Part shown: positions 55,088-64,000 of the stretch, in pieces | How the letters are laid out: every line of letters starts with the position of its first letter | How positions within the stretch are numbered: the stretch's first letter is position 1 | From: Amoebidium appalachense | Lineage: Eukaryota > Protista > Ichthyosporea | Assembly (NCBI GenBank): GCA_963693365.1 | Contig: CAVNZM010000005.1 | Location: forward strand, 7,696,710-7,760,709 | DNA length: 64,000 nucleotides | Direction: 5' to 3' | The notes under the pieces: model-generated | What the model was told of the DNA's origin: nothing | Database searches by the model: none | The model's input: only the letters and a program-made list of their open reading frames with translations | Translations under genes and position numbers: made by a program

Positions 55088-55898
55088 TGTGTAAGTAAGA
55101 GGGACTCGTGAAAGTATTAAGGGGAATAGAGGGGCAGGAAACGGTGAGATGGAAGAAGCACGAGTAAGTCTCTGTGTGTTCTGTGTTTAAAGGCTTTGTG
55201 CATGGGGAGGGGAGGAGGAGGAAGAGTGTGTGGGAGAGAGTGAAGGGGAGGTAGAGAAAAGGAGAAAGAGAGACAGAGAGCCTCTTGTGTGTGTATGTGT
55301 GTGTGTGGGGGGGGGGGGGGGGGGGGGGGGTTAGAGTGCGGAACACAGTACGTGTGGATGTGTGTATATGTGTGTGTGTGTGTGTGTGGGTGTGGGGGGG
55401 GGGGGGGGGGGGGGGGGGGGGTGGGGGGGAATCAAGAAGGGGTAGGGAGGGAGGGTTTAGAAGGTGTACATAAAATGGGTATTGGGGTTTGAGCACACGG
55501 ATATAATTCGTAACACCGTGAAAGATACATAAAGACCTTTAACGTGAAGGTGGGGTGTGTGTGTGTGTATGTTTTTTTTTTTTTTTTTTTTTCCTTTGGG
55601 GGGGGGGGGGGGGGGGGGGGGGGGAGGGGGAGGGGGGGAGGGGGGGACGGGCATTCTCTAATTCCTGCGATAAGATGGGGGGGGGGGGGGGGGGGGTTGA
55701 GAGAGAGAACCATGGGTGCCAAGGGGTCTTGGGTAAAAGCTTATGCAGAGCATAAGGGATTACAGCAACACACAACACAAACCAGAAACAGCTGCAAGTG
55801 TGTGGGTGCACACACGCGCGCACACGAGTTTTCATAATACACACACACACACACTCGCACCCACCTACTTAAAATAGTCAAAAGCAAACACCAAACAC

Positions 55899-55943
<45 letters not shown>

Positions 55944-56034
55944 ACCCACTTGATGATCTTGTGTGCCCACAGCTGCAGGCCGAGTGCCGAGCCTGCATAT
56001 CCAGCCATGTAGCCGAAGGCAGCCACACGCCTGC

Positions 56035-56090
<56 letters not shown>

Positions 56091-56274
56091 GTGCCCCTGC
56101 AGGAAACGGCATCTAGAATCACAGCTCCACAGCCAGAGTACAACGAGTTATCGTCATGGAGGTCGCATACACCACGGCACGTGTGTGCAAAGGGATGGGC
56201 ACGTTTGGAGGCAAATTTCCACAACCACGACACGGGGCTATCTTCACAACTGCTTGTTCCCAAATGCGCATGCA

Positions 56275-56313
<39 letters not shown>

Positions 56314-56442
56314 CCACATGGTTGCATCAAGTCATACATCCATGGGTTCACAACTATTCACCCCTCCTTCAACCTATACCTCCGATCACCCCTCCACAAT
56401 GCAATCAACTCTCGGGATGCCAAAAAAAGACATCGACACCAT

Positions 56443-56479
<37 letters not shown>

Positions 56480-56910
56480 TTTCTCCCCCCTCCCGGTGGG
56501 TTACGAACAGAAACCACCAGGGAACAACTGTTTAGCCAACTCCCACCTACCAACTCCCACCAAACATACTTGCATCCTACGCCTCCCCCCCCTCCTCTTT
56601 CCCGCTTCTTTCTCCCCGCCCCCCCCCCCCACCTCCCTCTCTCTCTCCCCCCCTCTCTCTCTCTCTCTCCCCCCCCCCCCCCCGGCCCCTGCTCCCCCCT
56701 CCTCCCCCCGCTTGTCTTATAACCACGTCCACCTCTGCTAACTGTTGATAGCTCCCCAACTACAACAATGGAAGAATGACACCTCAACCCCCCCCTCCCC
56801 CCCCCCCCCCCCCCCCCCGCCCCGCCTTACCCTTCTCGTCGTTAAGGAACTCCAGGTCAAGAATCTGGCCGTTGCCAGCATGGAACCGCTTCAGAAGCTC
56901 AGCCCAGCCC

Positions 56911-56955
<45 letters not shown>

Positions 56956-57324
56956 TGTGTTTGTGTGAAGGAGAGGAAAGATTGAATCCGGGAGGGGAGG
57001 GGGTGGAGGGGGGGGGGGCGAGGGGGAGGGGGGATGTATGCGTTAGAGGGTTGGAAATATGGAGGAGGCAACAAGGAGCAACAACAAAAAGTCACAAAAG
57101 TGGGAAACCCAAAATCAAGCAATTTAACGTGCAGGCAGAAGACACTTGAACAGAGCCCATCAGGGGAAATCCATCGTGGGTGAGTGTGCGCAGTCGACAT
57201 TTGGAATGGAATAGGGAAGGAATTGATACGGAAGGGTAGCTCTGCATATCCTCAGGGAGGCCAAAACAACCCGAAACACCAGATTTTTACCTCCTTCCAC
57301 CCAACATGCCAAGGCGAGGGGTTG

Positions 57325-57386
<62 letters not shown>

Positions 57387-58687
57387 TGAGAGAGGAAGAT
57401 AGTTATGATCAATTTGCCCCACCTATCATGCCAAGGGGAGGGGGTGGGGTTGGGGGGTGGGGAATGAGGGAGGGAGAAAGTTATGTTCTTGCTGTGCTTG
57501 ATATTCTCATTATACCTGGTTCTTAAAGCAGTGGGCAAAGAAGATGTGGCGGTGGCCCAGAGGGGAGGTGTCGTTCTCGGGCAGCTCCTTGAGGCCGAAG
57601 ATGAAAGTCTCCTTGGGGGCACTGCGCCATGTGCCTGCCTCCACAATCTCACAGCCAACACTGCACGACACGTGAAAATGTGAGCTATTGGGTGGTCGGT
57701 GTATAGAAAAGGGGTGGGGTCGATAAGAAAGGGTGGCTCGGTGGTGTGTTGTTTGGAGGGGGAGGGGGGGGGAAGGGGGGCAAGAGAGAGAGAGAGAGGG
57801 GGGGGGGGGGGGGGGGATAGATCCTACAAAAGCGGTCAGAACAAAATAGTTTCAGATAAAGTCATTTACGTTGTGCTCTTGAGCAGAGTGTACATGTGAA
57901 TAAGAACGAAGCAGTGTATGGTAAGCCGGTGTGTGTGTGTCGGAAGGGAGGTGGGAGGCGGGGAGAGAGGGGGGAGGGGATGATGAGATAACCACCGGCA
58001 ACAACGTGAAGAGGAGGGGGGGGGGGGGGGGGGGGGAGACTTACGCGGCATACTCCTCGTCCGGCACACACCGGTCTGTTGACTTTTCAACAGTGATCTT
58101 GAACCCTGTCAGAGTCATAGTCATCACCCTCGGGTTCTCAAGTATTAACACGTGCCTCACTAACATTAACATGTGAAATCTGAGAATGCGGTGTGTGTGT
58201 GTGTGTGAAACATACAAAGAGTGGAACAAAAGCCCATGGCAATACACGAGGGGACCATAGGGAAAAACAAGTCATTCAGCAATGTGGCTATATACGTTAC
58301 ACAACCTTTCACTTTCTCTGCAGCTAGAATTCACGCCTCAGGTTGCAAACGGCAAGATGTGAATACTTGTTCGGCACGCAGGGACATGAGCATAAGTACA
58401 AGGGAGAATAGAAGAAGAGACGGAGAAGAGCGCGCACGCGAGAAGGAGGTGTACGGCGTAGCGGTCTACCATATCGTTAGTGGATAAGTGTATGATGGAT
58501 TGGAACCAGGTCCGGGGCGGGGGGTGGGGGGAAGGGGGGCAGGGGTGTGGAGGGGGGTAGTGGAGGAGATGGGGACTATGGGGAACACGGTAGGAGAGGA
58601 GGACGGCGAGTGTGGATCAGACGTGCTCGAATGTGTGTGTGTGTGTGTAGTGTGTGTGTGTGTGTGTGTGGTGTGTGTGGTGTGTGT

Positions 58688-58724
<37 letters not shown>

Positions 58725-59125
58725 GTGTATTTGTATATAGAAGTATGTGTGTGATGTGTGTCGAAACGTGCCTGTGCCTTTGTAAGAATACGGGGTGCAT
58801 GCGTGAGGAGGTAGAATGGAAGTCGAAGCAAAGGGGGCCTGGGGAGGGGGGGAGGGGGGGGGGGGGGGTTTTGAATGCGTCAAAAAGTACGAAGTACACA
58901 AGAACAAACGGATAACACGATGCAGAATGCAAGCCATACATAAAGAGTATGCATAATAAGCAGAGCCCATCCTCAGGGGGGGCCCACGTCATCCACAGGG
59001 GGGGGGGGGGGGGGGGGTTGCTAACCAGCCTCAAGCAGCTTGGCACAGATGTCTGGTGTAATGGGAGTTCTGTGCTCATTGGGCTTGACCTCCGCCCGAA
59101 TCCAAAGGTGCGTCTCCTGTGCCAT
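50817..59125 (-). CDS. LYS1: Saccharopine dehydrogenase [NAD+, L-lysine-forming], 10 exons, ~371 aa; one C missing in exon 8 as assembled
   Basis: Exons 59125-59026, 58105-58045, 57660-57516, 56912-56831, 56034-55950, 55024-54943, 54382-54279, 52869-52725, 51856-51736, 51006-50817. Diagnostic motifs: [90 protein letters not shown]. Confidence 0.95.
51962..52068 (-). repeat. Intronic sense-oriented element, subfamily B copy (LYS1 intron 8)
   Basis: The reverse complement GGGATGGGCCTCGCTTATG..TTGCTGATATTGTATGCTTGAACCCTTTCCTTTGCATGTGTCC aligns with 21720-21823. Confidence 0.75.
52929..53767. mobile_element. MITE-like AT-rich insertion in LYS1 intron 7
   Basis: ~840-bp AT-rich block bounded by imperfect inverted repeats CAGGCCATTTTGGCATC and GATGCCAAATTGCCTG. 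No coding capacity and no clear TSD. Confidence 0.55.
54130..54220 (-). repeat. Intronic sense-oriented element, 5'-truncated copy (LYS1 intron 7)
   Basis: The reverse complement ATTATGCATGCTCTTTGTGTGGTTTGCACTCTGCGCTGTGTTTTCCATCG..TGTACTTCGCACTCTATGACACATTCGAA aligns with the 3' two-thirds of 38718-38845. Confidence 0.75.
58869..58998 (-). repeat. Intronic sense-oriented element, young copy (LYS1 intron 1)
   Basis: Near-identical to 38718-38845. Starts ~28 nt after the 5' splice site and has poly-C on both sides on the sense strand. Confidence 0.95.
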
Positions 59126-59259
59126 TTTGGAGTTTAGTTGGGCGCGCTGGTGGTTCGTGTTGTGTGGAAACAGAAGTGTGAACTCCGAGTCTTGTGTCGC
59201 CGAACGTCGAGGGCCAGCGCATGTGTCCATGTGACCTTGCGAATCTTGCTCTAGTCCAC

Positions 59260-59480
59260 AATTTTATGACGTCACTATAGATTAGATCAACCTGCTGAAT
59301 TGTCTAAAAACAGTTAGATTGAGTCTTTCAACGTAGACTACAACTGGCTCACACACAGCCTGAGTCAGCGCCAAAAATTTACAGTACGTCTGGTGATTGG
59401 CTATTTTTCAGGCGGTATCTTCACATCTGATAACACGAAGAGTAATGATTGGCTGTTTCAAACCCAGTGCAAGTATAAAA
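59260..59480. promoter_or_regulatory. LYS1 upstream promoter region: CRE palindrome, two CCAAT boxes, TATA-like element
   Basis: TGACGTCA at 59267-59274; TGATTGGCT at ~59394 and ~59446; TATAAAA on the + strand at 59474-59480. Confidence 0.5.
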
Positions 59481-59602
59481 GAGACTCGAAACCGGTCCTG
59501 ACACAACTGTAGCTACTCCTTCCTTGGGAGGGGAAACGCACCGGCGCCGGACACACACACACGCACACGCGTATAATCTCTTTCTCCAAGTCTCGCTTTT
59601 AG

Positions 59603-59648
<46 letters not shown>

Positions 59649-59897
59649 CCCCTTCCCCCCCTCTCTCTCTCCCCGCCCCCCCCCCCCCCCCTCTCCCTCT
59701 GTCTATCTCTCTTCCCCACCCACACTGTACTGTGCTCCCCCTCCCTCCCTTCCCCTTCCCCTCCCCTCCGCTCTCTCTCTCTCCTCCTCCCCCCCCCCCC
59801 CCCCCCCCCCCTTCTCGCTCTCCCTCTTTCTCTCCTCCCCTCTCCCCCCTCTTCCCCAATCTTCTCCCTCTGGCCCCCACCCCTGGGCCCTCTCCCC

Positions 59898-59941
<44 letters not shown>

Positions 59942-60376
59942 ACTCACTCACTCACTCACTTCACCCCCCACCCCCCACACACTGTATTGTACTCCCCCTC
60001 CCTCCCTTACCTCTCCCCCTCCCCCTCTGCTCTCTCCCTCTCCTCCCCCCCCCTCCTCGCTCTCCTTCTCTCCCCTCTCCCCCCTCTTCCCCCCCCCCCC
60101 CCCCCCCCCCTCTCCCCTCCCCCCTTTCCCTCCTGTCTTTCTTTCTAGCTCACGAATGCTGATAGGCCACATCATATGATACGTACCGGAAAGCCGGAAC
60201 ATCTGTGCATAACAAGCACTCATGGCCAAACACAAAACTAACACTGAAAACCACAGTATTCTTGTTGATCAGTCACGACTTCCGAATCATACTGAATGAA
60301 CAAACGGAAACTTAGTGAGATGTTTACCAGATGTTCTACTGTCTGGCTCATTGTGTTCACAACGACAGACTGGGCA

Positions 60377-60440
<64 letters not shown>

Positions 60441-60687
60441 CATGGCTGGGGTAGTAGCCCTGGGGAAAGTGTGTACTTATAGTTAGGCTGTGAAGGATGG
60501 TTTAGCTTAGCTGAACTCATAGAATGCACCTTAACTAGTGTACTATCGGTGCTGTGTGGTAGACGGTAGTTTCCCTAGAGGGCCTGTAAAGACTCTGCGG
60601 GAACAAAACCTGATAAAATAAACACACACACACTGTGCACACACACACACACACCGTGACTAAACACACACACACGTGTGTGCGCGC

Positions 60688-60730
<43 letters not shown>

Positions 60731-62070
60731 CACCGTGACTCAAACACACACGCACACAGAGACACACACACACACACACATACACACAAACACACACACA
60801 TACACCAGTTAATGCCAATTGCAGGTGTCTGCGCAGAACCCCAAACAACAACAAAAAAAAGAGGGAAAAAGGGGGTGGAACCCTACTACATAATCAAAAC
60901 TCTTCTTCTTGCTGCCAGTATATTGTCATCGTAATAATGGATGAGGGAAAAGTTAAAGACCAACGAAGCGAGACTTCCACGTATCTGAAAGCTAAGGGGA
61001 CACACTAATTAGGCCAAACTTTCCTCCCCCATATTTACCCCAAACTGGTCTCTGTGCCTCGAGTAAATGGCAGAATAGCCCCCCCCCCCCCCCCCCCCCC
61101 CCTCTTTCTGTCTGATCGTCTCTACTAGACTCTTCCGGCTCACGGTATCAGCCCTCTCACTCTCTGTCTACTCACGGAACCTCCCCTCTCCCCCCTCCTT
61201 CCCCCCCCCCCCCCCCCTCCCCCCCCCCCCCCCCCTCCCCCCTTCCACCCCTCCCTTTCTCCATGGCACTTCTATCCATGTCCCTCCCTGGAACTAAGCC
61301 CCATAAATTAACCCTACTTTCTTTCTTGCCCCCCTGTCCCCCCCCCCCCCCCTTCCCGCCCTGGTGCTTTTTCTTTCTTTATCATTGCTCTTGTATGTGT
61401 GCAGCACAATACACTTTTTCTCCCTCTTGTTTGCGCCATGGGGTCTATTTTCAACAGCGTCTAGCTTCACGTGAAAGTGGGCGTGAGAGAATTTCACGGT
61501 GAAGGCACTGGAGGAGACGGGCTGTGTGTGCACATTAATGCCCCGGGGGGGGGGGGGGGGGGGGGGGGGAGGGGGGAGAGGATGACCGAGGAGGGGGGGG
61601 GGGGGGGATGTCTGTGCGCACATCATGGTTCATCCAACTAAGAATTGGCCACTTTAATAGTATTACATGATTTACATACAATACAAGTTTCTCTCCAACG
61701 TTAGTTTTTCAAACCCACACATCCAGAAAGAAAATACAACATGACCAATTGTTTGCGGCCACCCATTTCTTTTCCAACCCAACTCTGTATAGTAAGGTGG
61801 TCGGAAATACTTGAAGGTGATCAATTTGTGATCTTACTATTACTAGTACTAATGCTGTGTCAAAGGCGCACCTATGGAGATACACGGGGCATACGTTTCC
61901 AGAACACATTTAAGGTCGACATTCATTAAAAATCTCAGTAACTTGGGATCGTGTAGAAGTCACTTAGTTGCATTTCTACTAGTTAAAAGTTCGTACGTCA
62001 CGGTTATGGGGAGTCTGAGTAGGAATCTGCCAGTGGCAACTTGACTGCAACAAGCTGGTGTGGGAACCTC

Positions 62071-62841
62071 TCATCCAAGAGGGGCACTCACGCCAAGATC
62101 AACAGGTGAGCAACAAACAGCAGCACTACACTTCGGTTCTCCGAGAGAAGGGTAGCACACTTTCATGGTTGCATAGCATGGTTTGACGAGCTCGGTTGAG
62201 TCTGCCCAAACAACCCAATCGGCACACGCAATTACAGAGTCATCCTCAACCACAGTTTCCATTCCCGTTGCAACTGCCTTTGCCTCTGCTGTGCCGGCAA
62301 TCACGACATCAGCATTACACTGTATGTTCCCATCGCTCAGAAGGCTTAGCTTCTCGGCCGAAGTGCTGTCTCCGTTGGCACCCGTTGTCTTCTTGTTAAA
62401 ACCCGACACCGTTGTGCAGTCGTCGACTTTGACGGGGACCCCGGCGGTAACAACCATTTCTGCTGGGGCGGTGGCCGTATCTTCAGCTGTTTCGGGCTCG
62501 GTAGTAGGGTCTGAAGCTTCCATGGTTGCCTGTGTGGTGTCAGCAGCCGTGGTTGCAGCCTCTTCCGTCGTTGTAGCAGCTGCCTCGGTGGTGGTGGCTG
62601 CAGCAACTTCTTCTGGCTGATCTTCCTCAAGTTCGAGCACGCAGCAAAGCTCCGCTGTGCACTTGTGAGTGCCGGCTTTGGTCCAGCACACCGCATCCAC
62701 TGCAGGAGCCGTACCCTCCTCACAAACTATGAGCTTGGAATCAGCTGCTTCGGCACACGTGATTTTCATGTTGCTCACAGCAAACACAGCCTTGGCGGCC
62801 AGAAGTGTTGTGGTGAAAAGAAGAACGGCAAAAGACTTCAT
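62071..62841 (-). CDS. Intronless secreted protein, 256 aa: signal peptide, two Cys-rich modules, Thr/Ala/Glu-rich linker
   Basis: Non-repetitive ORF. MKSFAVLLFTTTLLAAKAVFA is a typical signal peptide (an upstream in-frame ATG at 62988 is less likely). Mucin-like AATTTEAAATTTEEAATT linker. CCAAT box at ~63032. Confidence 0.85.
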   Translation of the reverse strand: MKSFAVLLFTTTLLAAKAVFAVSNMKITCAEAADSKLIVCEEGTAPAVDAVCWTKAGTHKCTAELCCVLELEEDQPEEVAAATTTEAAATTTEEAATTAADTTQATMEASDPTTEPETAEDTATAPAEMVVTAGVPVKVDDCTTVSGFNKKTTGANGDSTSAEKLSLLSDGNIQCNADVVIAGTAEAKAVATGMETVVEDDSVIACADWVVWADSTELVKPCYATMKVCYPSLGEPKCSAAVCCSPVDLGVSAPLG

Positions 62842-64000
62842 GTTGTCGTTTTTGGAAGCAGAACGAGAAAAACGAAGAACATTGAGACTCCAGAGAATGT
62901 AGTTCGCGTGACTACTGTAAAGATGCAAGAGGAAGGAGACTGAGGCAGAACTGGACCGACCATGTGACTTTTGTAGAATGTCGGACATGTGCGTTGCATG
63001 GACTTCAGTTGCGTAACATCGGCGCAGTCATCTGATTGGCTGTCCTAAAACTTCCTTGGAGGGCGGTAAAAACATTTGAGTCCGGATTTTTGCATGCTGT
63101 ATAGAAAAGAATTTCGGCTAAGTAGAGCAGGCGATAAATTCATTCATTGGCATCTATTTTTGTTTATTAGCTTGTCGCATCCCTTACATTTTGTACACAT
63201 CCCATCACAAAAACTGTGTACACAAACGCAATGGCTGTCGAAAAACTTTCGAGCCAAAGAAAGCTCGTTTCCGGTATTTCGGGTTGGTTTCAAGTTTAGT
63301 TTTTGCCGAAAAAGATGTACAATGATGCGCATTCAACTAACCATATTAGCTATCGACGTGATTTACACCATATATGGCGATTTTGTTTGACTACAACAGT
63401 TAGATCTGTAGCCTGATTATTAGCAAATCAATTAGGGTCAATCACATTCCATTTAGCTGCTCCCGCTGTCCGGTGTGCAAATATCACGTGCTCTCCAGAC
63501 TTCGGACGACCTTTCAAACGCCAGCCATCTATCACGTGTTGCGTGTGGATTCACAATAGGATCATGAGAATTTTGCACGGGTGTTGTCTTGTAATCGACG
63601 TGGGTCACACGTCGCCAGACCAAACAGTCTGAAAAGGCCAGTGCACGTGGCCACCGTTGAGCTCAGCATGAATCGGCGAAAAAGTTCCGAGGTCACGTGT
63701 GCAGTGTGCTGACGCACAGGTGTGCACACGAGTGTCAATACGTGCACACGGCCAGGTTTTGTGTGAATGTGAGCAAAACTTGGAGAGTAGGAAATGCTTT
63801 CACGAACTGTTAGCGTTGTGTGTGTCAAGGTTTGCAAGTGAATGTGTCATGCAAGACTTGGAGAGTAGCTCTATGAGAAGCTTCAGAGTCACGTTGTGTA
63901 TGCGTCGACTATTACGACTCAATCGAAAGGTTTGCATATCGATATGCTATCGATATCATAGACTCTTTCTATGTTGTGGTGGCCATGATGCGCTTTGAAA

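Noticed and set aside
59700-60030. Duplicated CACACTGTA(C/T)TGT(G/A)CTCCCCCTCCCTCCC motif, and similar short duplications at 12735/12839 and 57303/57426
   Set aside because: These are local slippage duplications in low-complexity DNA with no evidence of function.
62183-62620. 145-aa + strand ORF
   Set aside because: It is the antisense shadow of the secreted-protein CDS.

Overview
Eukaryotic genomic DNA with many introns and dense simple repeats (poly-C/poly-G, (CA)n/(GT)n). Almost all ORFs in the supplied track are repeat artefacts. The real genes were rebuilt by hand from phase-consistent GT-AG exons. They are: a stum/SPEC3-like membrane protein gene (-, runs off the left edge); a ~32-exon, ~1,000-aa Munc13/UNC13-like gene (+, ~4.6-30.6 kb); a mitochondrial PTCD2-like PPR gene (+); a 3-exon MFS sugar porter (+); a 10-exon LYS1-type saccharopine dehydrogenase (-); and an intronless secreted Cys/Thr-rich protein (-). 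Fungal-type LYS1 alongside animal-type PTCD2, Munc13 and stum suggests a unicellular holozoan such as an ichthyosporean (inference). The most interesting signal is a ~100-130-nt element found only inside introns of three unrelated genes and always on the sense strand. Other signals are 3' splice sites built directly on (CA)n or (GT)n with complementary repeats in the same intron, a fourfold tandem duplication of one splice acceptor, two intronic MITE-like insertions, and two single-base frameshifts in C runs that are probably assembly errors. All family assignments come from recalled motifs; no database search was run.
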